From contig NC_018655.1 in the NCBI RefSeq assembly GCF_000299365.1, positions 90,001 to 122,000 of the forward strand: a stretch of DNA of 32,000 nucleotides, written 5' to 3'. The translations under genes and the position numbers were made by a program. Positions within the stretch are counted from its first letter, which is position 1. Each line of letters opens with the position of its first letter. The notes below the pieces were generated by a model. That model did not search any database. It had not been told where the DNA came from and was given only the letters and a program-made list of their open reading frames with translations. The stretch comes from Candidatus Nitrosopumilus koreensis AR1 (GTDB taxonomy: Archaea; Thermoproteota; Nitrososphaeria; Nitrososphaerales; Nitrosopumilaceae). Shown one piece after another: positions 1 through 10,093 of this stretch.

Positions 1-1
1 T

Positions 2-235
2 GATAATTTTTATTATTGTCCTCACACTCCTGCCGAAAATTGTACATGTAGAAAGCCTAAACCTGGATTATTAATTAAAGCAATTGATGATTTTTCTATA
101 GACCCTTTATCTAGTTGGATGGTGGGTGATAGAGATTCTGATGTTGATGCAGGTGAATCTGTTGGTTGTAAAACTATAAAGATTCAAGAAAATTCTTGTG
201 ATTTTGAAAATATTCTTAAAACAATATTATCTTAA
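2..235 (+). CDS. gmhB: 3' fragment of D-glycero-D-manno-heptose-1,7-bisphosphate 7-phosphatase (GmhB-like HAD phosphatase)
   Basis: Hand translation gives DNFYYCPHTPAENCTCRKPKPGLLIKAIDDFSIDPLSSWMVGDRDSDVDAGESVGCKTIKI..., with the GmhB Zn-binding CPH...CxCRKP motif and HAD motif VGDRxSDxxAG. The 5' end is outside the window. Confidence 0.85.
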   Translation, partial: DNFYYCPHTPAENCTCRKPKPGLLIKAIDDFSIDPLSSWMVGDRDSDVDAGESVGCKTIKIQENSCDFENILKTILS

Positions 236-281
236 GAATTTTTTTCCAAACCTCAAAATACCTGAAAAAAAGTGAATTAAT

Positions 282-1298
282 ATGAATATTTTAGTTACTG
301 GTGCAGGAGGCTATGTTGGATCTAATTTAATACCTGAACTTGTTAAAGATGGACACTTTGTCAAATGTCTTGATAGGTTCTTTTTTGGAAAAGATTTTCT
401 GTTATCTTTCCAAGACACAAATCAAATCGAATTAATTCAAGATGATATACGTTGGTTTGATCCAAAAATTTTAGATGATGTTGACATTGTTTTTGACTTG
501 GCTGCATTGTCAAATGATCCTGTTGGTGAATTGAACCCTGAGAAAACTTTTGAAATAAATCACTTAGGTAGAGTCCGAGTTGCAACTGAAAGTAAAAAAC
601 ATGGTGTACCTAGATATATTCTTGCATCTAGTGCTAGTGTATATGGCCAACAAGATAATTTAGCAAATGAGGATGTAGAAGTTTTTCCAATAACTGCATA
701 TTCCAAAGCTAATCATAAAGCGGAAATTGATGTCTTGAAATTATCTGATGAAAAATTTTGTGTTTCTGTAATGAGATTTGCTAGTCTTTATGGATTTTCT
801 CCTCGTATGAGATTTGATATTTCAGTTAATAGTATGGTATTGGATCTTTTTAAAACTGGAAAAATTGTTGTTAGAGGAAAAAATAACAAACGACCGTTTT
901 TGCATGTTCAAGATGCTGTTAATGCTTATAAATTAATTTTAAAAGCAGACACGGCCTCCATAAATGGCGAAATTTTCAATGTGGGAAATGAAGAACAAAA
1001 CTATTCCATTGGTCAATTAGCTGAATTGATAGCTCAATCTGTTGGAATAAAATATGAATTAGAATTAGGTGATAATAATGATCACCGATCTTATGCTGCA
1101 TCATTTGATAAAATCCGAAACACTTTAGGGTTCAAACCTGAAAAAAATATCTCATTTGGTGCAAATGAAATTTATGAAAAATTAAAAGCTGGTCAAATTA
1201 CTGATTCTACAAAAACCATTACTCTCAAATGGTATCAACATATTGAATCTGATCCAGAATTATCTAAAATTTTAAAAATAAATGGAAAGTTGCTCTGA
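282..1298 (+). CDS. NAD-dependent sugar epimerase/dehydratase (extended SDR)
   Basis: N-terminal MNILVTGAGGYVGSNLIPELV (GxxGxxG), ASSASVYG, and YSKANHKAEIDVLKL (YxxxK). Confidence 0.85.
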   Translation: MNILVTGAGGYVGSNLIPELVKDGHFVKCLDRFFFGKDFLLSFQDTNQIELIQDDIRWFDPKILDDVDIVFDLAALSNDPVGELNPEKTFEINHLGRVRVATESKKHGVPRYILASSASVYGQQDNLANEDVEVFPITAYSKANHKAEIDVLKLSDEKFCVSVMRFASLYGFSPRMRFDISVNSMVLDLFKTGKIVVRGKNNKRPFLHVQDAVNAYKLILKADTASINGEIFNVGNEEQNYSIGQLAELIAQSVGIKYELELGDNNDHRSYAASFDKIRNTLGFKPEKNISFGANEIYEKLKAGQITDSTKTITLKWYQHIESDPELSKILKINGKLL

Positions 1299-1303
1299 TT
1301 AAA

Positions 1304-1834
1304 TCAATCTTTAAAGTTTGTCCAATCTTTATCTTTTTGAGAAATTATTGATGGCGTCATTGGCCATTTAATATTGAACATTGGATCGTCCCATCTTATC
1401 CCATTTGCATTCTCTGGCATGTAATACTGTGACATTTGATAAAATAATTCTGTATTGTCTTCTAATGTTTGAAACCCTAATGCAAATCCTTCTGGTACAT
1501 ATAACTCAAAATTTTCTTCTGAACTTAATTCAACACTTCCCCATTTCTTGAATGTTTCAGAATTTTTTCTCAAATCAATAAACACTTCAAAGACTTTACC
1601 CTTCACACATTTTACAATTTTTGCTTCTTCATAAGGTGATTCTTGATAATGCATTCCACGTATTGTTCCTTTTTTAGAATTAAATGATATATTGCACTGA
1701 ACAATTTCTGGATTCAAATTATTTTTTAAAAACTCATTTTTATCCCAAGTCCTTGCAAAAAACCCTCTTTCATCTTCAATTTTTTCTATTTCAACGATGA
1801 ATACGCCTTTGATCTTTAACTCGTGGAATTTCAT
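1304..1834 (-). CDS. rfbC: dTDP-4-dehydrorhamnose 3,5-epimerase-like (RmlC/RfbC family)
   Basis: MKFHELKIKGVFIVEIEKIEDERGFFARTWD...KGTIRGMHYQ...KCVKGKVFEVFIDLR. The internal ATG at 1834 gives an ATGA-type overlap with the upstream gene, so it is preferred over the ORF start at 1879. Confidence 0.85.
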   Translation of the reverse strand: MKFHELKIKGVFIVEIEKIEDERGFFARTWDKNEFLKNNLNPEIVQCNISFNSKKGTIRGMHYQESPYEEAKIVKCVKGKVFEVFIDLRKNSETFKKWGSVELSSEENFELYVPEGFALGFQTLEDNTELFYQMSQYYMPENANGIRWDDPMFNIKWPMTPSIISQKDKDWTNFKD

Positions 1835-3051
1835 AGGATGACAACCTCTGGAATTAATACAATAAATTTTGCCCCCCATGCTCGAATTTGTTTCATTTGC
1901 TCCATGATCTCTTCCTTAAAATTCCAAGCCAAAATCAATACGTAATCTGGTTTTTTTTCAAAAATTATGTCAATTGGATATACTGGAATATTTGTTCCTG
2001 GCAGGTACAGATTCTGTTTATGGGGATTCTTGTCTACAGTGTATTCGATAAAATCAGTGCCTATTCCACAATAATTTAATAATGTATTTCCTTTGGCAGG
2101 CGCTCCATATCCTGCAATACTTTTTCCCTCTTTTTTGATTTTTATCAACAATTCTAAGATATTTTGTTTTACTTGTTCAGTTTGTTTTTGAAATTGAGGA
2201 TATTTTGAAATTTCTGCAATCCCAAATTTTATTTCTTTGGAAATTTGTTTTTCTACATTATCTGAAATCTCAAAATTTATGTTATTTTCATGTTTAATGA
2301 ATATTCTAAGTGATCCTCCATGAATTGGAATTTCTTGAACGTCAAATATGGTCATATTGTATTTTGTAAAAATTTTTTGAAGTGTAAATAAGGAAAAATA
2401 TGAAAAATGTTCATGATATATTACATCAAATTCATTTTGTTGGATTAATTGTAATAGATAAGCTGAAAATTGTATTGTAATTATTCCTTTATCTGATAAT
2501 AATATTTTTAATCCTTTCATAAAGTCATTTAGATTTGGCACATGTGGCAAAACATTAAACCCAATCAATAAATCAGCTTTTTGCCCCTCCTCAGCTAGTT
2601 TTTTTGCAGTTTCTTCTCCAAAAAATTCATTTATGGTTTTTATTCCTTTTTCATTAGCGATTTTTGCTATATTTGATGCAGGTTCAATTCCTAAAATTGG
2701 TATGTTATTTTTTTTGAAAAATTGCAATAAGTATCCGTCATTACTTGCAATTTCAATAACTTGTTTTTTTTCATCAATTTTCATTTTTTTAATTACTTCA
2801 TCAACATATTCCCTGATATGTTCCACCCATGTTGTTGAATATGAAGAAAAATATGCATAATCTGAAAATATCTGTTTTGGATTTTCAAACTCTTCTAATT
2901 GTACCAAAAAACAATTAGAACATACATATGTTTTTAGAGGATAAAATGGCTCCATTTTGTTTTTGTCTTTTAGATATGAATTTGCCATTGGTGATTTTCC
3001 CAAATCCACAAAAGATGTTTTTAATTCGTTATTACAAAATCTACATTTCAT
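1831..3051 (-). CDS. Sugar C-methyltransferase (SAM-dependent, with N-terminal Zn-binding and C-terminal C-methyltransferase domains)
   Basis: MKCRFCNNEL...YVCSNCFLVQL (Zn-binding), VIEIASNDGYLLQFF SAM motif, and YGAPAKGNTLLNYCGI...PYTVDKNPHKQNLYLPGTNIPV typical of this family. Confidence 0.85.
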   Translation of the reverse strand: MKCRFCNNELKTSFVDLGKSPMANSYLKDKNKMEPFYPLKTYVCSNCFLVQLEEFENPKQIFSDYAYFSSYSTTWVEHIREYVDEVIKKMKIDEKKQVIEIASNDGYLLQFFKKNNIPILGIEPASNIAKIANEKGIKTINEFFGEETAKKLAEEGQKADLLIGFNVLPHVPNLNDFMKGLKILLSDKGIITIQFSAYLLQLIQQNEFDVIYHEHFSYFSLFTLQKIFTKYNMTIFDVQEIPIHGGSLRIFIKHENNINFEISDNVEKQISKEIKFGIAEISKYPQFQKQTEQVKQNILELLIKIKKEGKSIAGYGAPAKGNTLLNYCGIGTDFIEYTVDKNPHKQNLYLPGTNIPVYPIDIIFEKKPDYVLILAWNFKEEIMEQMKQIRAWGAKFIVLIPEVVIL

Positions 3052-3758
3052 TATATTTTCATCCAAAGAGCTTCATTATTTATCCACATTTTTTCTAATC
3101 TATTTTTATCATTCATTGTATCCATAGGTTGATAAAATCCTGAGTGTTTATACGCCACTAATTGGCCATTTTGAACTAATTCCTTCATCGGAGTTTCTTC
3201 AAAAATTGTTAGGTCATTTTCAATATAATCAAAAATTTTGGGTTCTAAAACAAAATACCCTCCATTAACCCAATTATTATCTCCTTTTGGTTTTTCCATA
3301 AATTTGGTAACAACCTCATTTTCAATTTCTAAAACCCCGAATCTTCCTGGAGGTTGACATGCTGTAACTGTTGCAATTTTTTTATTTTTATGATGAAATT
3401 CTATTAATTTTGAAATATCAAGATCATTTAATGTGTCTCCATATGTAAAACAAAAAGTTTCTGTACAGTATTTTTTAATTTGTTTTAGTCTGCCTCCGGT
3501 CATTGTATCTAACCCTGTATCAATTATTTTTATATTCCAATCTTCTGGAAAATTTTTTTCATCTTCAAAAAATTCTATAATTTTTTCCTTTTTGTACCCT
3601 GAACAAACTATGAATTCTTTCATACCAAATAATGCATATCTGTTCATAATGTGCCATAAAATTGGTTTTCCTCCAATCTCTACCATTGGTTTTGGTTTAA
3701 CTTTGGTTTCTTCACTGATCCTAGTTCCTAATCCTCCCGCTAAAATTACTGCTTTCAA
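3051..3758 (-). CDS. rfbF: Glucose-1-phosphate cytidylyltransferase
   Basis: MKAVILAGGLGTRISEETKVKPKPMVEIGGKPILWHIM; TLTGGRLKQIKKY; YGDTLNDLD; NNDWVNGGYFVL. Confidence 0.9.
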   Translation of the reverse strand: MKAVILAGGLGTRISEETKVKPKPMVEIGGKPILWHIMNRYALFGMKEFIVCSGYKKEKIIEFFEDEKNFPEDWNIKIIDTGLDTMTGGRLKQIKKYCTETFCFTYGDTLNDLDISKLIEFHHKNKKIATVTACQPPGRFGVLEIENEVVTKFMEKPKGDNNWVNGGYFVLEPKIFDYIENDLTIFEETPMKELVQNGQLVAYKHSGFYQPMDTMNDKNRLEKMWINNEALWMKI

Positions 3759-3806
3759 TATGCTTATTTAACCAACTAAACTCTTATTGCCTCTTTTATT
3801 AGAATT

Positions 3807-5333
3807 ATGATAAACATGGACTCTAAAGATAGTATTCTTTTCTGGATTGATAGTGTGTGGAGTCAATTTGCATTTGCAAAGTTTTTACAAGAGAAACATG
3901 ATGCTGATTTTTATGCTATTTCTGATTTAAGTATAAAAAATACTAATTTTCTAAACAAACAAAAAATTGTTACTTTTAAAAAAATTTGGCATATCCGTGA
4001 TAATCAAGAACTAAAATCTGGAAATTTAATTGATTTAAATTATCTGAAAACTATTGAAGAAAAATTCGGTATAAACATTTGGTCAATAGTATATGCTGAT
4101 CGCTATTTCTACAAGTATAATTTATATCATAATTTTTCACGAAATGAAATTCTTCAATTAGTTCAAGCTGAATGTAAACTATATGAACAAATTATTGATG
4201 AAATAAAACCTTCTTTTTTGATAATCTACCCATTTAATGATTTTAGACAGGAATTACTTTACAAAATGTGTAAAAGAAAAGGTACACGAATTATGACCTT
4301 AAGCTATACAAGAATAAATTACAAATTCATGCTTTCTGAAATCACTGATAAAACTGATCAAAAATTCATTTTTGATTCTACTGATGATGATGTACCTGCT
4401 AAATCCTTTGAAGAATTAAATGAATACTTCAAAAAGTACCCTAAAATTGTAAAACAGTATGTTAAGAATAAAAATCCTTTTAAAGAAAAATTAAAAATTG
4501 GGTTTTCTTTTTTTCTAAAAACTTACAATTCTGAATACAAAAAATTGTATCGAAATATAGGAAGAACAAGATTTAACATATTTAAAAATGAAATTAATAT
4601 AATTTATAATTCTTATTTAGTCAAAAATTTTTTTAAAAAAAATTCATTGACAAAAATTTCTTTTAAAGAAAATTTTATTTATTTTCCAATACATTTTGAA
4701 CCAGAAAGATCAATCACAGATCCTGCACTGTATTATACTAATCAAATTGAATTAATTACCCATATTGCAAAATCTTTACCTGTAGATTATTGCTTATGTG
4801 TGAAAGAACACCCTGCTCAAAGTTTAACTGGTTGGAAAAACCTTGATTTCTATAAACAAATTCATAAATTACCTAATGTCAAATTATTGCATCCAGCATT
4901 TTCTCAAGAAGATATTCTTCAAAAATGCTCTCTTGTAATAACTATTGTTGGTTCTACTGGAATGGAAGCTTTGCTTTATCAAAAACCTGTTATTACTTTT
5001 GGGGATACAATATACTCTGAAATCTCTTCTGTTAACAAAGTTACTGACATCACTACTCTTCCAGAATTAATTCAAAATTCCTTAAAACAAAAAGTCAATC
5101 TTAAGGAATTAAATGCCTTTGTTCAATTTATAGATCAAAATTCATTCGATTATGAATTCTTGGAAATACAAAAATTCATTGAAGATACTATATTTGAAGG
5201 AGGATTTTTAGATTCAGAAATTACCCATGACAAACTTAACCTTCTGTTTAAAACTCATAAATCTTCTTTCGAATTAGTTGCGAATGAATATGTCAAAAAA
5301 ATTGAATATTTTCATGATCTAAATAAAAAATAA
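3807..5333 (+). CDS. Capsule/surface polysaccharide biosynthesis protein (Capsule_synth / glycosyltransferase-like)
   Basis: IYFPIHFEPERS...LCVKEHPAQSLTG...VKLLHPAFSQEDILQKCSLVITIVGSTGMEALLYQKPVITFGDTIYS resembles the C-terminus of KpsS/LipB-type proteins. Confidence 0.6.
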   Translation: MINMDSKDSILFWIDSVWSQFAFAKFLQEKHDADFYAISDLSIKNTNFLNKQKIVTFKKIWHIRDNQELKSGNLIDLNYLKTIEEKFGINIWSIVYADRYFYKYNLYHNFSRNEILQLVQAECKLYEQIIDEIKPSFLIIYPFNDFRQELLYKMCKRKGTRIMTLSYTRINYKFMLSEITDKTDQKFIFDSTDDDVPAKSFEELNEYFKKYPKIVKQYVKNKNPFKEKLKIGFSFFLKTYNSEYKKLYRNIGRTRFNIFKNEINIIYNSYLVKNFFKKNSLTKISFKENFIYFPIHFEPERSITDPALYYTNQIELITHIAKSLPVDYCLCVKEHPAQSLTGWKNLDFYKQIHKLPNVKLLHPAFSQEDILQKCSLVITIVGSTGMEALLYQKPVITFGDTIYSEISSVNKVTDITTLPELIQNSLKQKVNLKELNAFVQFIDQNSFDYEFLEIQKFIEDTIFEGGFLDSEITHDKLNLLFKTHKSSFELVANEYVKKIEYFHDLNKK

Positions 5334-6323
5334 CTATATCAGATTTTCTTTTTTGAGAATTGCTTTGATTTCATTTTTTGTTAATTCTGGTACTAGATCA
5401 GACGAATAATTCTCAGTTAAAATAGTACTTTTGACTTCTTTTATTGAATTATAATCATAATTTTGATTTTGTTTTTCAAAAATTATGTAATCTTTATCAC
5501 TTTCAAATGTATTCCTCAGTTCCTCTTTACTAATTAATGTCTCATGAAATTTTTCACCTGGTCTAACTGGAATTCTCTTCTCATTGTTATTGGCATTAGT
5601 TAATTCCATTATTGCTTCTTTCATTTCTTTTACTCTGTATGCTTTTAATTTTGGAACAAATACTTCTCCTCCTTTTCCATATTTCAGTGTTCTAAGAATT
5701 AGTTCTAATGCTTCATTCATACTAATATTGAATCTTGTCATACTTGGATCTGTGATTGTTATTTCTTCATTATTTTTTATCTGTGATAACATTACAGGTA
5801 AAAGAGACCCTCTGCTACCTAAGACATTTCCATATCTAACACACAAAAATTTTGTTTTACGTTTTCCTTTGTAATAATTTGCAGATACAAAAAGTCTTTC
5901 CATTAGCATTTTAGATGCTCCATAGGTATTTAGTGGTGAAACAGCCTTATCTGTTCCAATTGCTAAAGCAATATCTACATTGTTATCTAAACAACAATCA
6001 ATCAAGTTTTGAGAACCATAAACATTTGTTTTTACAGCTTCAAATGGATTATACTCAGCAGTAGCTATTTGTTTTAGAGCTGCAGTATGAATTACAATAT
6101 CTACTTCTTCAACAGCTCTTGAAAGTCGATCTTTGTCTCTTACATCTCCGATAAAAAACCTTAATCTATCATCTTGAATCTCACTTTGCATTTGTGATTG
6201 TTTCAATTCGTCTCTACTGTAAATTCGAATTGTATCTACATCTTCTTTTAATAATTTCTTTGTTAAGGCTCTTCCTAGTGAACCAGTTCCACCAGTAATG
6301 AGAATCTTTTTTCCTGCAAACAT
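5334..6323 (-). CDS. pseB: UDP-N-acetylglucosamine 4,6-dehydratase-like (PseB / CapD short form)
   Basis: MFAGKKILITGGTGSLGRALTKKLL...HTAALKQIATAEYNPFEAVKTNVYGSQN...GTDKAVSPLNTYGASKMLMERLF. The provided ORF begins at 6374, but the internal ATG at 6323 fits the family start. Confidence 0.8.
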   Translation of the reverse strand: MFAGKKILITGGTGSLGRALTKKLLKEDVDTIRIYSRDELKQSQMQSEIQDDRLRFFIGDVRDKDRLSRAVEEVDIVIHTAALKQIATAEYNPFEAVKTNVYGSQNLIDCCLDNNVDIALAIGTDKAVSPLNTYGASKMLMERLFVSANYYKGKRKTKFLCVRYGNVLGSRGSLLPVMLSQIKNNEEITITDPSMTRFNISMNEALELILRTLKYGKGGEVFVPKLKAYRVKEMKEAIMELTNANNNEKRIPVRPGEKFHETLISKEELRNTFESDKDYIIFEKQNQNYDYNSIKEVKSTILTENYSSDLVPELTKNEIKAILKKENLI

Positions 6324-6415
6324 GTAATTTTGAACAAATATCCTAGTTTTATGAGTTCTCTTTTTATAGAACACTCTTCAAGAAATTATATATCTTCAAG
6401 ATTGGTATTTCCTTT

Positions 6416-8284
6416 ATGACTTCTGATTTAATCCATATTGGAGGCAACTCTATTTTGTCAGATTTGCCACAAAAAATAACTATCAAAAACCGACCCTACA
6501 TTTTAACTAAAAATCAAAATGGTAATTTGATTTTATACAGTGCGATTTGTCCTCACGCTCAAGGAATTGTTGAGCCTACTGGAAAAAAACAATGGAGATG
6601 TCCTTATCATGGATGGACTTTTGATCCAGAGACTGGAAATTCTATAGTTCCGCCAAATTCGCATTTATCTTCATATGATGTAATTGAAAAAAATGATAAA
6701 TTATTTGCTGATTTAAAATTTGTAAATAATAATATCATATCTACTAATCTACCATATCATAAAAATAATCTTAAAAGTAAATTTCCCAAAATTACATTAA
6801 TCACCCAAGCTTGTTTGTTGGTAGAATGGGATGGATTCAATCTATTAATGGATCCTTGGATTGAAGGACTTGCATTATGTGGTTCATGGACGCATTTTCC
6901 TCCTTCACAATTTACTGTTCAAAATTTACCTAAAATTGATGCAATATGGATTTCTCATGAACATAGTGATCATCTTCATCCATATACCTTATCTTTGTTA
7001 GACAAAAATATTCCAGTTTACGTACCTGATTTTGATAATGAACGACTCGGTAAAATTGTAAAAAAAATTGGATTTAAAAATGTCATATCAATGCCCCCAT
7101 TCCAATCATTTAATTTGACAAAATCTATAGAACTTATTTCATTCAAAGCTTCAATGAATTTTAGTGATAATATTCTCTATTTACGAACTGGGGAATTTAC
7201 AATGTTGAATTTTAATGATAGTGGAATTAACTGGAATATTAAAGATAAAGTTGATCATGTAGATTTGGTTTGTGCTCAATTTTCAAGATTACCCGCTACA
7301 ACTTATCCTAGTAACTGGACTCATCTAAACGAAGAAACAAAAAAACAAATTATTAAAGAAAAAAATCTTGCTTCATTAAAACAATTAAAATTATTGGTAG
7401 ATGTCTTTAAACCAGATTTTTTCCTACCTATGGCATCATTTGTAGCACTCTTCCCTCCTGAACTTTTACCATTTCAAAAAATAAAGAAGGGAATTTCTCT
7501 CAATGATGTAAAAGAACAATTCAAATCTTCAGATGTGAAGGTTTTAGACTTGATTCCTGGAGAATCATGGGATGAAAATAAAAATTTTATTTCAAGAGTT
7601 GATAGTCGAGAGAAATTCTTTGATGACGATTATTTATTATCATATCTAAAAAAAATCAATAATGATGAAACAATGACACAATTTCTCTTAACAAATGACA
7701 ATCTGACACATAATCAATTAAAAAAATATTTTTTAAATTTTAAAAATTTTGACATAGTACGTTTTATTGGAAATATGGATTTTTGTTTAACAACGTTTTC
7801 AGAAAAAAATTCCCTTTATTCTTTAATCTCGTTTAGAGATGGTGATATTATATATCAAGAATTATCAAAACCTGAAAAATGTGAACTTTCAATGTCCATT
7901 CCAATGCCAGTTGTTGCTGAAATTATTAACAATGATCTTTCATGGGATGAGGCTTTCTATTGGACAACTTTTCATAGAGATCCTGACGAATACAATTTAG
8001 CGTTCTGGAAATTTATGCATGCTCCTTGGAGATCTTTTAACAATGCAGAATGGATACAAAGTAATGATCCTAACATGTTGGGGAATGTATCTATAGCAAC
8101 ACTTGTTGAACAAGGAGGAAAATCTGTTTCAGATATTTTAGAAAAATATGGTCTGTTTTGTATAGGGTGTAGCAAATCTATTGGTGAAAATCTAAACGAT
8201 GGATGTGCTATACATGGAATTCCAAATAACAAACGATTAAAATTAATAGATGAAATCAAATCAAAAATTAAATCCTTACAATAA
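6416..8284 (+). CDS. Rieske [2Fe-2S] + metallo-beta-lactamase fold protein with C-terminal DUF1858-like segment; domain architecture like CMP-N-acetylneuraminate hydroxylase (CMAH)
   Basis: Rieske motif CPH(x16)CPYH (AICPHAQGIVEPTGKKQWRCPYHGWTF); UlaG/MBL motif ISHEHSDHLHPYTL; C-terminal SVSDILEKYGLFCIGCSKSIGENLNDGCAIHG. It lies between nonulosonate genes. Confidence 0.7.
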   Translation: MTSDLIHIGGNSILSDLPQKITIKNRPYILTKNQNGNLILYSAICPHAQGIVEPTGKKQWRCPYHGWTFDPETGNSIVPPNSHLSSYDVIEKNDKLFADLKFVNNNIISTNLPYHKNNLKSKFPKITLITQACLLVEWDGFNLLMDPWIEGLALCGSWTHFPPSQFTVQNLPKIDAIWISHEHSDHLHPYTLSLLDKNIPVYVPDFDNERLGKIVKKIGFKNVISMPPFQSFNLTKSIELISFKASMNFSDNILYLRTGEFTMLNFNDSGINWNIKDKVDHVDLVCAQFSRLPATTYPSNWTHLNEETKKQIIKEKNLASLKQLKLLVDVFKPDFFLPMASFVALFPPELLPFQKIKKGISLNDVKEQFKSSDVKVLDLIPGESWDENKNFISRVDSREKFFDDDYLLSYLKKINNDETMTQFLLTNDNLTHNQLKKYFLNFKNFDIVRFIGNMDFCLTTFSEKNSLYSLISFRDGDIIYQELSKPEKCELSMSIPMPVVAEIINNDLSWDEAFYWTTFHRDPDEYNLAFWKFMHAPWRSFNNAEWIQSNDPNMLGNVSIATLVEQGGKSVSDILEKYGLFCIGCSKSIGENLNDGCAIHGIPNNKRLKLIDEIKSKIKSLQ

Positions 8285-8333
8285 GGTAAATTCTAAAAAT
8301 TTCTTAATATAACTGATAAATTCATGAAAATAG

Positions 8334-9095
8334 ATGATTGGATGCATAATTCAGGCAAGAATGGGTTCAACAAGACTTCCAGGAAAAGTGCTAATGAATT
8401 TAGATAATGAACATAATTTGCTTCATTTTATTCTTAAGCAAATAGGATACTCAAAAAGTATTGATGAAATAATTATTGCAACTACAACTCTACCCGAAGA
8501 TAAACAAATTGTAAGTTTTTGTAAACAAATGAATGTCAAATATTTTTGTGGTTCAATCAATGATGTTTTGTCAAGATATTTTGAATGTGCAAAAAATTTT
8601 TCTTTAGATATTGTTGTTAGAATAACATCTGATTGTCCTCTAATTGATCCAAACATAATTGATTCACTCATAAAAATTTTCGTTGATAATGAATATGACT
8701 ACGTTTCTACTCATTTACCTAGAACTTTTCCTCAAGGAAGTGCAGATATAGAAGTTTTTTCTTTTGAAACACTAAAACATGTACATGAAAAGGCATTAAA
8801 ACCATCAGAACGAGAACATGTGACTCCTTTTATCTATAACAACCCTGACAAATTTTCTATTTATAATTATGAACACGAAACAGATTTTTCAAAATTAAAA
8901 TGGTCTGTAGATAAAAAAAATGATTTACATTTTGTACAAGAAATAGTAAAACGGATCAATGAACGTCCAATTTTAACTGCTGACATTCTTGATGTGTTAA
9001 AAAAAGAACCTGAATTAAAAAAAATCAATAAAGACCACATTCTGAATGAAGGATATAAAAAATCGTTAGAAGAAGACAAAAAATTAGGATTTTAA
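8334..9095 (+). CDS. spsF: Acylneuraminate cytidylyltransferase family protein (SpsF-like)
   Basis: IGCIIQARMGSTRLPGKVLM...CGSINDVLSRY...VRITSDCPLIDP. Confidence 0.85.
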   Translation: MIGCIIQARMGSTRLPGKVLMNLDNEHNLLHFILKQIGYSKSIDEIIIATTTLPEDKQIVSFCKQMNVKYFCGSINDVLSRYFECAKNFSLDIVVRITSDCPLIDPNIIDSLIKIFVDNEYDYVSTHLPRTFPQGSADIEVFSFETLKHVHEKALKPSEREHVTPFIYNNPDKFSIYNYEHETDFSKLKWSVDKKNDLHFVQEIVKRINERPILTADILDVLKKEPELKKINKDHILNEGYKKSLEEDKKLGF

Positions 9096-9128
9096 AATAA
9101 TCTTTTTCAAAATCTTGTTATATTCAAT

Positions 9129-10043
9129 ATGACTAGCAATTTTATGACCGAATCTCATTCAGGCCGAATTTTAAATGAAATCAAAAATTTTAAAATAATT
9201 GATTGTAAATCTTGTGGATTTATTCACATTTCTCCAATTCCAACAAATAGTGAATTACTGGAACTTTATCAAAAGGAATTCTTTCAACACATAAAACCTA
9301 ATGATATCAAAAAAGATGAATCAGAACTAGATTATTGGAACATTACATATGATGAAAAATTAAAAATTCTTGAAAAACATCTTAACTCTAATACCAAAAA
9401 AATATTGGATATTGGTTGTGGTGCTGGTTTTTTTCTTAAACGAGCTATGAATAATGATTGGGATACAACAGGAATAGAACCATCTGACGAGGCTGCTGAC
9501 TATGCTAACTCTTTAGGTATTAAAGTAATAAAACAATTCTTTCAAAACCTTACATCTAATGATCTTGAAACTTATGATTCAATTCATATGAGATTAGTGT
9601 TAGAACATTCTTCTTCACCTGAAGAAATAATCAAAAAATGTTATTCTTTATTGAATAAAAACGGAATATTGATTGTTGAAGTTCCTAATGATTACAATCC
9701 ATTACAAAAAATTGTTAAAACTGTTTTACAGAAAGATGAATATTGGCTTCATCCACCAATTCACATAAACTATTTCACTTTTTCCAGCCTTAGAAATCTT
9801 CTAGAAAAAAATAGATTTAATGTAATACATCAAGATACTACCTTTCCACTTGAGTTGTTTTTATTAATGGGAAATGATTACATACAAAATGAATCACTTG
9901 GTAAACAAAAACATATTGAAAGAATGAATCTAGAAATTAATTTAAACAAAGGCAATTCTGACTTAAAACAAGAACTTTATTCTAAACTTGCCGAATTAAA
10001 TCTTGGAAGAACTATTATTCTATATGCCAGAAAAATCAATTGA
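9129..10043 (+). CDS. SAM-dependent methyltransferase (class I)
   Basis: IIDCKSCGFIHISPIP N-terminal segment; ILDIGCGAGFFLKRAMNNDWDTTGIEPSDEA; MRLVLEHSSSPEEI. Confidence 0.8.
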   Translation: MTSNFMTESHSGRILNEIKNFKIIDCKSCGFIHISPIPTNSELLELYQKEFFQHIKPNDIKKDESELDYWNITYDEKLKILEKHLNSNTKKILDIGCGAGFFLKRAMNNDWDTTGIEPSDEAADYANSLGIKVIKQFFQNLTSNDLETYDSIHMRLVLEHSSSPEEIIKKCYSLLNKNGILIVEVPNDYNPLQKIVKTVLQKDEYWLHPPIHINYFTFSSLRNLLEKNRFNVIHQDTTFPLELFLLMGNDYIQNESLGKQKHIERMNLEINLNKGNSDLKQELYSKLAELNLGRTIILYARKIN

Positions 10044-10093
10044 TTCTAATTAAAAAATAAATTTTATAATACATAAGACATTAATCAAATTGA

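Noticed and set aside
8423-9079. Minus-strand ORFs 8423-8671 and 8867-9079, and similar short antisense ORFs (361-585, 2633-2860, 3433-3771, 5584-5874, 7972-8259, 10342-10527, 11660-11872, 13587-13805, 15061-15279, 17804-18154, 18491-18712, 25221-25820, 30360-30545, 30636-31037)
   Set aside because: All lie antisense to well-supported genes with family motifs, have biased composition and no recognisable domains.
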